Assembly: GCA_033648345.1 (NCBI GenBank)
Contig: GCA_033648345.1_4121.1
Source: a phage
Length of the DNA stretch: 64,000 nt
Strand: one strand, 5' to 3'
Under the pieces are notes generated by a model, which was not told the origin of the DNA, did no database searches, and saw only the letters and a program-made list of their open reading frames with translations. This document shows positions 36,579 to 43,728 of the stretch, in pieces. A program made the position numbers and the translations under genes. The stretch's first letter is position 1. Every line of letters begins with the position of its first letter.

Positions 36579-37238
36579 ATGAAACTTAATGCACACAGCA
36601 AACAATACCTTAAGCACTTTAAGTACCTCAACAGTATTCAAGCAGAATCTTTTACACCAGCATATACGTATCACCCAAATGTACTAAAGAAACGAAATAA
36701 AAAGAAAAAATCCAGAAATGTTCTCGTATCTAAGAACCTCAAATCGTACTTGAAGAAAAATAATATAGCTCTTGCTTTTATTAATATCTATCATACTGAT
36801 TTAAAAGTATTGAGTACTAATACCAGCACAAAAGCACTAAAGAATGCATCTATCTATATACACATGGATAATATCCCGTGCACTATAATTCTATCTTTCG
36901 GGAATGTATACTTCTTCGGGAATTGTAATAGCACCCATGATATCAGTACTGCACAATTCCAAATCGGAGATATGTACTGCATGGGTTCAGAAAAAATACA
37001 CGATAACATGCACTTCTTCCAAAAGCAACGTACTAACGAAACTGATACAGTACTGCAATTCCTCAAAGAACTACAAAACAAAGAATTAACACCAGAAGAA
37101 GAATTCATGTACAGTACTGTAATCGATAATCCAGAACTCTATAAAAACGCGTACAAACTAACAAAACATGTACAGGAACTTATCAGTACTGATAAGAAAT
37201 TTCATAACCTCATTACGTATATTACAAACTATGTATAA
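36579..37238 (+). CDS. hypothetical protein, paralogue of 17071-17721 product
   Basis: 219 aa, basic N-term, shared C-terminal segment; embedded in the small-protein array. Confidence 0.7.
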   Translation: MKLNAHSKQYLKHFKYLNSIQAESFTPAYTYHPNVLKKRNKKKKSRNVLVSKNLKSYLKKNNIALAFINIYHTDLKVLSTNTSTKALKNASIYIHMDNIPCTIILSFGNVYFFGNCNSTHDISTAQFQIGDMYCMGSEKIHDNMHFFQKQRTNETDTVLQFLKELQNKELTPEEEFMYSTVIDNPELYKNAYKLTKHVQELISTDKKFHNLITYITNYV

Positions 37239-37413
37239 AGAATACTACAAAGATAAAATCCCAATGCATCTACAACACCATATACCAAACGTTGCATTGG
37301 GTATCAAAGATCACGCAAAGATAATGTTCCAACAATGTACTAAGTACACGCTCATATACGATGATAATCCATATATGCTGTACTACGTAGTAATGCTAAC
37401 ATTCAGGTACTAA
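37231..37413 (+). CDS. small Tyr-rich protein, KEYY family
   Basis: MYKEYYKDKIP...VVMLTFRY; ATG overlaps upstream stop. Confidence 0.65.
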   Translation: MYKEYYKDKIPMHLQHHIPNVALGIKDHAKIMFQQCTKYTLIYDDNPYMLYYVVMLTFRY

Positions 37414-37415
37414 TA

Positions 37416-37613
37416 ATGAATATAAAAGAATACTACGTAAGTAAACTTGCAATTAATTACCAAATGCTTATTCCCCGCAATCCTGTAGATTTCAAAGATA
37501 AGAGCAAAACAATATACTACCGCCAGCATATAATGCATACAATAGAAGAAGATGATTATGATGATGATATGTATAACCTGTACAAAGTACTAACACTTAT
37601 ATTCAGGTACTAA
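37416..37613 (+). CDS. small Tyr-rich protein, KEYY family
   Basis: MNIKEYYVSKL...LTLIFRY. Confidence 0.7.
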   Translation: MNIKEYYVSKLAINYQMLIPRNPVDFKDKSKTIYYRQHIMHTIEEDDYDDDMYNLYKVLTLIFRY

Positions 37614-37614
37614 T

Positions 37615-37800
37615 ATGTATAAAGAATACTACATAGAGAAACTCCCAATGTATCTCCAACACCTTGTACCAACAGAACCATTGGGTATAGAAAAAGACTA
37701 CGAAAAAGACTACTTCGTTAAGTGCACTAAATCCTCAATAGATATTGAGGACTATAATCGAGTACTGTATCACATCCTTTTACTAATATATAAGTACTAA
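37615..37800 (+). CDS. small Tyr-rich protein, KEYY family
   Basis: MYKEYYIEKLP...LLLIYKY; junction GGTACTAATATG. Confidence 0.7.
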   Translation: MYKEYYIEKLPMYLQHLVPTEPLGIEKDYEKDYFVKCTKSSIDIEDYNRVLYHILLLIYKY

Positions 37801-37801
37801 T

Positions 37802-37990
37802 ATGAATAACCACAAAGAATACTACACACAATTTCTCCCCAGCATTTTTGAACACTACGCCAGATATAAAGTCCCCCTGGATAACGATTTGGCAGTACTG
37901 GGATTCAATAACTGCATAGAACGAAGTATAGAAAATAGTAGTACTTATGACCAATTATATAACATCATACTACTCATATACAGGTACTAA
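37802..37990 (+). CDS. small Tyr-rich protein, KEYY family
   Basis: MNNHKEYYTQFLP...IILLIYRY. Confidence 0.7.
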   Translation: MNNHKEYYTQFLPSIFEHYARYKVPLDNDLAVLGFNNCIERSIENSSTYDQLYNIILLIYRY

Positions 37991-37991
37991 T

Positions 37992-38180
37992 ATGCATAAA
38001 GAATACTACACAAAATATTTCCCAATGTACCTCAGTACTAATCTATTAGATAAACCTCGCGGTATCAATGCTCAAAACGATAAAGTGTACTTTACTATGT
38101 GCACTAAAGCATGTATACTAGATTTTGATAGCTATCATCGAGTACTGTATCATACCCTGTACCTAGCTTTCGTGTACTAA
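37992..38180 (+). CDS. small Tyr-rich protein, KEYY family
   Basis: MHKEYYTKYFP...; track start 37947 is an extension. Confidence 0.65.
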   Translation: MHKEYYTKYFPMYLSTNLLDKPRGINAQNDKVYFTMCTKACILDFDSYHRVLYHTLYLAFVY

Positions 38181-38190
38181 AGAGGCCAAT

Positions 38191-38397
38191 ATGAACGAAC
38201 AGAAAGAATTCTACACCAAATACCTCAGTGCATCAGAACAAATGTTTCTAAGGAGTGTATCACCTTTACGTTTAGATACACCACACGCCAGAGATTGTTT
38301 TAATAATTGTATACGTATTACTCTAGAAGCTTTAGAAAACAATAACAAAAATATTCAGTACTCAGGCGTAATGGGACTAATATTCTTCTATGAATAA
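38191..38397 (+). CDS. small Tyr-rich protein, KEYY family (subtype ending FYE)
   Basis: MNEQKEFYTKYLSASEQMFLR...NNCIRITLEAL...LIFFYE. Confidence 0.7.
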   Translation: MNEQKEFYTKYLSASEQMFLRSVSPLRLDTPHARDCFNNCIRITLEALENNNKNIQYSGVMGLIFFYE

Positions 38398-38578
38398 CAA
38401 AGAATTCTACATAAACCATCTGGAACTAAACTCCCAAATGCTTATACCACTAAACCCAATAGATATCAAGGATAAGAAAAATACCAAACAATTCCACTAC
38501 CACACACTATGTGCTATCAACCCTGATTATAATACATATAAACTGTACTACATTCTCGCCCTAATATATAGGTACTGA
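38390..38578 (+). CDS. small Tyr-rich protein, KEYY family
   Basis: MNNKEFYINHL...LALIYRY. Confidence 0.7.
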   Translation: MNNKEFYINHLELNSQMLIPLNPIDIKDKKNTKQFHYHTLCAINPDYNTYKLYYILALIYRY

Positions 38579-38579
38579 T

Positions 38580-38765
38580 ATGCATAGAGAATACTATATA
38601 CAATTTGTTAAAGGGAACTACAAACACGCCGTCCCCGTAAACCCCTTAAATTCTAATGACCCAAGTACTATATTCTTGTTCCATGACGCAATACGTACAG
38701 TACTCAATACTAAAGATGAACAGGTGCAGTACGTATTCTTACTATTACTTATATACAGACACTAA
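38580..38765 (+). CDS. small Tyr-rich protein, KEYY family
   Basis: MHREYYIQFV...LLLLIYRH. Confidence 0.7.
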   Translation: MHREYYIQFVKGNYKHAVPVNPLNSNDPSTIFLFHDAIRTVLNTKDEQVQYVFLLLLIYRH

Positions 38766-38782
38766 AGCACTAAGGTACTAAC

Positions 38783-38986
38783 ATGTATAAAGACTTCTAC
38801 ATAAATCATCTTAGTCCCGCAAAACAATCATTCTATAAAGCAAAACCAATGAAAATGAAATTACAAAATAATTTCACAAAAATATGCTATAATAACTGTA
38901 TACGTAGTACTATACAAGCACTGCAAGAAAATGACAACAATAAACTATACTCCAACATAATGGCACTCCTATATATCTATGAATAA
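38783..38986 (+). CDS. small Tyr-rich protein, KEYY family (subtype ending YE)
   Basis: MYKDFYINHLSP...NNCIRSTIQAL...LLYIYE. Confidence 0.7.
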   Translation: MYKDFYINHLSPAKQSFYKAKPMKMKLQNNFTKICYNNCIRSTIQALQENDNNKLYSNIMALLYIYE

Positions 38987-39188
38987 TGAACATAAAGAAT
39001 TCTACTCCAAACACCTCAGCCCCTCAGAACAAATGTTTCTAAGGACTACAGCACCTTTAAATACTGATACATATTTCGGCAGATTATGCTACAATAATTG
39101 TATTCAAATGACTTTAAACGCAAACGACAATAATAACAGTACTAACATGTACTCAGGCATCATAGGTATACTATTCCTATATGAATAA
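38979..39188 (+). CDS. small Tyr-rich protein, KEYY family (subtype ending YE)
   Basis: MNNEHKEFYSKHLSPSEQMFLR...NNCIQMTL...LFLYE. Confidence 0.7.
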   Translation: MNNEHKEFYSKHLSPSEQMFLRTTAPLNTDTYFGRLCYNNCIQMTLNANDNNNSTNMYSGIIGILFLYE

Positions 39189-39369
39189 TTACAAAGACTT
39201 CTATTTGAATACACTACCTACTGTACTTTCTCTAAGTGCTCAATGTAAAATCCCGCTGGATAATCCTTACGCCAGATATAACTATTCCATAACTGTTAAT
39301 CGATGTATAGAGAATCATTGCAGTACTAACCAGTACTATAACATAATCCTACTTATATTCAGGTACTAA
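39181..39369 (+). CDS. small Tyr-rich protein, KEYY family
   Basis: MNNYKDFYLNTLP...IILLIFRY. Confidence 0.7.
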   Translation: MNNYKDFYLNTLPTVLSLSAQCKIPLDNPYARYNYSITVNRCIENHCSTNQYYNIILLIFRY

Positions 39370-39370
39370 T

Positions 39371-39550
39371 ATGAACGAACACAAAGACTTCTATATAAGA
39401 AAACTAACATTCGTCCCCGTAAAAATATATAAAGAATGCGACCCAAGATTATACCTATGGCACTTCAATGAGTGCATAAAAGATTCTATATACCCTAAGA
39501 ACTATAAAGAACAATTGTGCTCAGTACTAACACTAGTACTATCATATTAA
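39371..39550 (+). CDS. small Tyr-rich protein, KEYY family (59 aa, not in ORF track)
   Basis: MNEHKDFYIRKL...NECIKDSI...LTLVLSY. Confidence 0.55.
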   Translation: MNEHKDFYIRKLTFVPVKIYKECDPRLYLWHFNECIKDSIYPKNYKEQLCSVLTLVLSY

Positions 39551-39563
39551 TAGAGATAATACT

Positions 39564-39755
39564 ATGCATAAAGACTATAAAGAGTACTATATAAGTAAAC
39601 TCAAAGAGAATGAACAAGCATGGGTTAACAATTTAATCCCCCTGGCAATGACTCAATACGAATTTAATATGTGTACAAAGATTGTTTTAACTAGTAATGA
39701 TATCTCTAATACGTACTACTTCCTATTAAGAGTACTATATGGTACTTTGAAATAA
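39564..39755 (+). CDS. small Tyr-rich protein, KEYY family
   Basis: MHKDYKEYYISKLKENEQAW... Confidence 0.65.
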   Translation: MHKDYKEYYISKLKENEQAWVNNLIPLAMTQYEFNMCTKIVLTSNDISNTYYFLLRVLYGTLK

Positions 39756-39766
39756 TAAGGTATACT

Positions 39767-39973
39767 ATGCAGAACATAAAAAACTATAAAGAGTACTATA
39801 TAAGTAAACTACCACCGACTGACCAAGCATGGATTAGATCTATAATAGTACTGGCATTTAATAGATATGCATTTAACAGATGTACCGAGATTGCTATAGA
39901 CCCTTATAATATTAAAGAGAATGTACAGCATAATCAGTACTACTATATGTTAATGCTTATATATAGGAAGTAA
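39767..39973 (+). CDS. small Tyr-rich protein, KEYY family
   Basis: MQNIKNYKEYYISKLPPTDQAW...MLMLIYRK; last member. Confidence 0.65.
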   Translation: MQNIKNYKEYYISKLPPTDQAWIRSIIVLAFNRYAFNRCTEIAIDPYNIKENVQHNQYYYMLMLIYRK

Positions 39974-40036
39974 TTCAACATATAGACAGGGGAAGCTCCG
40001 CAGGGAAAGCATTGGACAGGCTTTAACATATGTTAT

Positions 40037-40096
40037 ATATGTTAAAATTCAGCCTGCTCGACGTCTGAATTGTTAAAATTCAGCCTGGACAAATGC
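40037..40096 (+). repeat. direct repeat GTTAAAATTCAGCCTG x2 with small palindromes
   Basis: atgttaaaattcagcctgctcgacgtctgaattgttaaaattcagcctggac. Confidence 0.8.
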
Positions 40097-40127
40097 GATC
40101 ACTAGGATTCTCCCCAGGCTAAACCCC

Positions 40128-40198
40128 GTAATCATATGTAGTCATAAGTAATCATATATAAACATTTATGTAATCATTTATAATCATTGTAGTGATTA
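40128..40198 (+). repeat. iteron-like GTAATCA repeats (4 direct + 1 inverted)
   Basis: GTAATCA at 40128, 40148, 40170; TAATCA 40181; inverted TGATTA 40193. Confidence 0.75.
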
Positions 40199-40210
40199 GT
40201 ATTGAGTACT

Positions 40211-40236
40211 AGAGTGTAATAGAGTGTAATAGAGTA
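40211..40236 (+). repeat. tandem 10-mer AGAGTGTAAT x2.5
   Basis: agagtgtaatagagtgtaatagagta. Confidence 0.8.
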
Positions 40237-40387
40237 CAGGAATGTGCACGTTTAATCAAGAACGTAGCAGTACTGCCCCAAAAGTATTCAGTACTGAAGG
40301 TGTCGATATCCCACTAAGTAGGCAGAGGAAGTCTGCCGTACTTTTTAGTTTCCAAGCTCCTTTTCCATTTTGCAAATTACATCAAAT

Positions 40388-40415
40388 GTAATCAAAAGTA
40401 ATCACGCAATGATTA
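40388..40415 (+). repeat. second GTAATCA iteron cluster
   Basis: GTAATCA at 40388 and 40398; inverted TGATTA at 40410. Confidence 0.7.
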
Positions 40416-40681
40416 GTACTGAATTATTACTTTCACCTTAATTTCAATTACCCCTTTACCCTTCGGGGTAAAATTCCATTACCCCTTGAGGCTCCAGCAA
40501 AAAGTTGGTTAGTACTCCATCCTAAATCTCGATCCTAAAAATTTTGGAGTACCTATGAAATAAAAGTTGGATCTTCGAAAGTTGAAATTTACGTTGGGAC
40601 GTTTGTGATTTGTGGGATATAATGATGTTTGTAGTCGGGTAGTTCTCAAGAATATCAGTACTGAATGGTGAAAGAAAGTTA

Positions 40682-40709
40682 TTGACATTATGATTCAGTA
40701 CTGTATAAT
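40682..40709 (+). promoter_or_regulatory. orphan sigma70-like promoter (no ORF of 60 aa or more downstream before 42082)
   Basis: TTGACA-N16-TATAAT with CAGTACTG abutting the -10, then GTTTTACATAGAGAG as in gene cassettes. Confidence 0.55.
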
Positions 40710-40892
40710 GTTTTACATAGAGAGATGAGTTGCCGCAAACAATTCATTCACTCTACTTCCTGTCGTGAGACAGTACAGAAAGATAGTTCCTCCTATGGGT
40801 GGTACATCTTTTAGAACCTCTTTTTTCGTAATATGAACAGTACTGATATTAACAGAATGGTGTCAATACTGATTTTAATCTAAAGCATTATG

Positions 40893-40912
40893 CCACCAGC
40901 TTGTGCTGGTGG
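40893..40912. other. inverted pair of Chi octamers forming a hairpin
   Basis: CCACCAGC-ttgt-GCTGGTGG. Confidence 0.85.
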
Positions 40913-41125
40913 ATTCCCTCTAACAGTATTCAGTACTACATGATAGTCTTCATCCTCCTAGGGTAACATAGTGAGGGCTATGATGGCAGTACTGAATACT
41001 CCTTTCACAAGATAGATCTATGGTATAGTACTGACGTATTTTGGGCGTAGTTACCCTGGATGGATTTTGGACGTAGATATGTCTAGCCCTCCAGAAGTCT
41101 GGAAGTAAATATGGCTATCCATCTA

Positions 41126-41208
41126 GACGGCTAAACGGCTAGATTTCTGGATGGCTGGGTGGCTGGGTGGCTGGGTGGCTAGACGTTTGGACGGCTAAAC
41201 GGCTAGAT
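41126..41208 (+). repeat. tandem GGCTGGGT x3.5 (41153-41180) flanked by 19-bp direct repeats
   Basis: GACGGCTAAACGGCTAGAT at 41126-41144 and 41190-41208. Confidence 0.85.
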
Positions 41209-41412
41209 GGTTACACGTCTGGAAGTATAGACGGCTAAATCAAAATTTTATTTTGTTTTTTCCAATAGTTCCCCTACCGCGTGGGGATAGTTTCCCCGCA
41301 GTATCTGGAGTTAGATTTTTCTGAATCTGGAATCATTATCTTATAAACTGGGGGCAATGTCAACAGCCTGGACGGATATTTTTAAAAATTTTTTCAGTAC
41401 TGAATTTTGGGC

Positions 41413-41433
41413 GTAACTATGCACCCGGTGGGC
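41413..41433 (-). repeat. conserved core element copy I (candidate small RNA)
   Basis: Minus strand: TATAAT(41466-41461)..ATCAAGTCGAGAAAGACTCAA-GCCCACCGGGTGCATAGTTAC. Confidence 0.7.
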
Positions 41434-41580
41434 TTGAGTCTTTCTCGACTTGATGGAACTATTATACAGTACTGGAAAAATAAAGCAATACCCTGGAAGC
41501 AAAAAAGTTTTAATTAATTTGCTTGCTATCCTGGGCCGGACTATGGTACTATATTTCAGTACTGAGAAAGTGCGTTTACC

Positions 41581-41603
41581 TGCTAGGGTGCGGGAGTGTA
41601 TCC
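41581..41603 (+). repeat. conserved core element copy J+ (partial)
   Basis: TGCTAGGGTGCGGGAGTGTATCC + T7; preceded by ACT-GAGAA-AGT mini hairpin. Confidence 0.6.
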
Positions 41604-41628
41604 TTTTTTTATATCTTGAATTTTGGGC

Positions 41629-41649
41629 GTAATTCCGCACCCTCTGGGG
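41629..41649 (-). repeat. conserved core element copy J-
   Basis: Minus: TTGACT(41704-41699)-N16-TATAAT..ATAGACGCGAGAAAGCGGAAA-CCCCAGAGGGTGCGGAATTAC. Confidence 0.65.
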
Positions 41650-41859
41650 TTTCCGCTTTCTCGCGTCTATGTAGTAATTATACGCTTTTTCAGGATCAAG
41701 TCAATACCTAAAAACAAAATAATTGAAAATAATTTAACGCGTTTAAACGGCCAGTAAAGCCCTGGAATGATTGGAATGGTGCAAATGTATAGCTTAGGTG
41801 TATTAATGCGTTAGAATGCGTCTGAGGCCGTTTTATGGGGTATAGGGATGATTTGGTGG

Positions 41860-41990
41860 ATTGATTCAGTACTGAATAATAGTACTACTATATAGAAAGA
41901 TAGTTCCCCTGGATGGTTGCAGTACTGAATGATAGTACTGAATAATAGTTCCCCTATATAGAAAGAAAACTATTTTAAAAAGTATTTGTA
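41860..41990 (+). repeat. direct repeats of about 45 bp built from CAGTACTGAATAATAGT and CTATATAGAAAGA
   Basis: cagtactgaataatagtactactatatagaaagatagttcccct / tagtactgaataatagttcccctatatagaaagaaaac. Confidence 0.75.
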
Positions 41991-42081
41991 GAAAGTACTT
42001 GCAAACTAAGTTTAACGGCGTATAATGTTTTACATCGAGAGCGGGAACACTTCCCGCTACATATTACGAGAGATTAAAACG
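41985..42081 (+). promoter_or_regulatory. promoter + 5' stem-loop cassette (PeSL-like, class AGTACTTGCA)
   Basis: AGTACTTGCAA..TATAATGTTTTACATC; hairpin GCGGGAA-cac-TTCCCGC. Confidence 0.7.
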
Positions 42082-42444
42082 ATGGCGACTCAAATCACTA
42101 AAATTATTGCTAACCTGGTTAACTTCCGCGACGAGATGAAAGGTCTTCCGGCTGAAACGGTAAAAATTCACATCGCAGCTTATCGGGAACTTATTGCAAT
42201 GTTGCCGCTTAAGCGTGAACAATACGCCGCGACCGTGATGCTTGATGCGATGATCCATAAGATGATCGCCAGTGATTTGACGATGGCGTATCAGTATATG
42301 GGTGAATTGTTCGCGGTGTATAGTAAACCAGTACCAGGAATGGAAAGTACAGAAGTATTACACGGTTTAAATTTAAAACAAGATGCATGGGATAATATGC
42401 CTCGTTTCCTGGTATGGGCTGACAGTGGCAAGATTTACGAATAA
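42082..42444 (+). CDS. hypothetical protein
   Basis: ATG 42082 (MATQITK); track start 42025 begins in the TATAATG of the -10. Confidence 0.7.
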   Translation: MATQITKIIANLVNFRDEMKGLPAETVKIHIAAYRELIAMLPLKREQYAATVMLDAMIHKMIASDLTMAYQYMGELFAVYSKPVPGMESTEVLHGLNLKQDAWDNMPRFLVWADSGKIYE

Positions 42445-42536
42445 GTTTTAGAAAGTACTTGCAAACTAAGTTTAAAAGCGTATAATGTTTTACATCAGGT
42501 GGGGAATAGTTCCCCACTATATAAGAGGATTAAAAA
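42445..42536 (+). promoter_or_regulatory. promoter + 5' stem-loop cassette
   Basis: AGTACTTGCAA..TATAAT; hairpin GTGGGGAA-tag-TTCCCCAC; GAGGA RBS. Confidence 0.7.
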
Positions 42537-42776
42537 ATGGCTAAATCAAAAATGTTCTTAGGTCACAAAAACAAAACTCATTGGAATGTAAGCCTTTGGA
42601 TTAATAACGATGAGTCATTGTACCGGTTGGCCCTGGACTTTATTGCCGCCAATACTAATCGCAATGATGCGGCCCGTCATATGATGTTATTTTTAGAACA
42701 GACTGGACAAGATAAAACACCGGACGGATTCAAATATAGCACTACTGCGATCCGTGCGGCGATGGTTGGAATGTAA
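42537..42776 (+). CDS. hypothetical protein, paralogue of 44576
   Basis: GHKNKTHWNVSLWINN.ESLYRLA...TPDGFKYSTTAIRAAMVGM shared. Confidence 0.75.
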   Translation: MAKSKMFLGHKNKTHWNVSLWINNDESLYRLALDFIAANTNRNDAARHMMLFLEQTGQDKTPDGFKYSTTAIRAAMVGM

Positions 42777-42861
42777 TAGAATTTATTTAAAGTACTATCG
42801 CAAAAAATGATAGTACTTTATAATAGTGTTTTATTCATACACCAACGATAAGGGCAACAGC
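42777..42861 (+). promoter_or_regulatory. promoter (AGTACT-flanked, TTATAAT type), no 5' hairpin
   Basis: AAGTACTATCGCAAAAAATGATAGTACTTTATAAT; same type at 55790. Confidence 0.5.
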
Positions 42862-43128
42862 ATGAATATTAAGTATTTTGCGACGCGTGAACAAGCTCGG
42901 ATCGCCGCACGCCAGGACGGGGCAACGTTTAAAGATATGGGCGTACAATCGGAACGTGGTAAACGTTGGGCCATTATAAAGCGTAGTACCGCCAGATCAT
43001 TACAGTACTGGTTAGCGGCGTTAAAAAGTCCCGATAGTGTATCGCGTCGAGTGGTAGAAATAAAGCTCGACCGAAAGGGCAACCGCGTGACCGTGTACCG
43101 TACTAAAAAGATTGCAGTACTTGAATAA
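42862..43128 (+). CDS. hypothetical protein, paralogue of 55885
   Basis: KYFATREQARIAARQDGATFKDMG...RKGNRVTVYR shared. Confidence 0.7.
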   Translation: MNIKYFATREQARIAARQDGATFKDMGVQSERGKRWAIIKRSTARSLQYWLAALKSPDSVSRRVVEIKLDRKGNRVTVYRTKKIAVLE

Positions 43129-43215
43129 AAAGTACTTGCAAACTATGTTTAATGGCGTATAATGTTTTACATCGAGAGCGGGAACACTTCCCGCCTATAA
43201 CCTGGAGTAATAAAA
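43129..43215 (+). promoter_or_regulatory. promoter + 5' stem-loop cassette
   Basis: Near-identical to the 41985 cassette; hairpin GCGGGAA-cac-TTCCCGC. Confidence 0.7.
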
Positions 43216-43446
43216 ATGACTAATATGTATATGACTGAAGTTAAAACCGTAAAAGATACTACCACGAATAAAACTACTTACTTACAGCGGATCTGCGGTG
43301 TATGGCAACGTATCAGCAAATCAAAGTACTTTAAATTAACATCATATGCAAACCGTTCGGATTCATTCAGTACTGAAATAAAAGGTAATAAAGTACACCA
43401 ATACGGCACTTATTATTATTATAGCCTGGACGCGATTGCAGTATAA
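43216..43446 (+). CDS. hypothetical protein
   Basis: 76-aa ORF, GGAG RBS. Confidence 0.7.
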   Translation: MTNMYMTEVKTVKDTTTNKTTYLQRICGVWQRISKSKYFKLTSYANRSDSFSTEIKGNKVHQYGTYYYYSLDAIAV

Positions 43447-43527
43447 GCAGTTTACAAATCTTTACAATTGCCGGTATTGACTTATTTTGTCAGTACTGGC
43501 ATAATGTATTCATTGGCAGATAAGCCG

Positions 43528-43553
43528 TAGCCCATAGGGTGCGGGAGTGTATC
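43528..43553 (+). repeat. conserved core element copy F (candidate small RNA)
   Basis: TTGACT(43477)-N17-CATAAT(43500); GGC-agataa-GCC hairpin; TAGCCCATAGGGTGCGGGAGTGTATC. Confidence 0.75.
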
Positions 43554-43576
43554 TATAGAAAAAGTAGTTTATTACA

Positions 43577-43602
43577 GTTACAATTGTGCACCCGGTGGGT
43601 TA
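43577..43602 (-). repeat. conserved core element copy G, convergent with F
   Basis: Minus: TTGACA(43649-43644)-N17-CATAAT(43626-43621)..TAACCCACCGGGTGCACAATTGTAAC. Confidence 0.75.
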
Positions 43603-43693
43603 GCTGTTGTCATGGGGTATATTATGCCAGTACTTGATAATGCTGTCAATACTTTTTTTTACTATTCAGTACTGAAAACTATTTTTAAAAAGT

Positions 43694-43728
43694 ACTTGCA
43701 AACTATGTTTAAAGGCGTATAATGTTTT
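43694..43728 (+). promoter_or_regulatory. class AGTACTTGCA promoter driving the 75-nt structured element
   Basis: AGTACTTGCAA..GGCGTATAAT(43718-43723)GTTTTAC. Confidence 0.65.

Noticed and set aside
34967-39973. CRISPR-like periodicity of the roughly 190-210 bp units
   Set aside because: The units are complete ORFs with start, stop and a shared protein motif. There are no short identical direct repeats alternating with unique spacers, and no cas genes.
40696-40720. LexA (SOS) box reading of TACTGTATAAT sequences at many promoters
   Set aside because: Only the left half (TACTGTATA) resembles the TACTG(TA)5CAGTA consensus. The right half-site CAGTA is absent at the required spacing, and the match comes from CAGTACTG abutting TATAAT.
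41153-41180. GGCTGGGT tandem repeat counted as Chi sites
   Set aside because: GCTGGGTGG has an extra G relative to GCTGGTGG. It is not an exact Chi, so it was excluded from the Chi count and noted only as near-Chi.
41341-41711. ORFs 41341-41640 (-), 41450-41632 (+) and 41523-41711 (+) in the non-coding hub
   Set aside because: They overlap one another across promoter-plus-core repeat elements. They have no RBS, and their translations are dominated by the repeat sequences.
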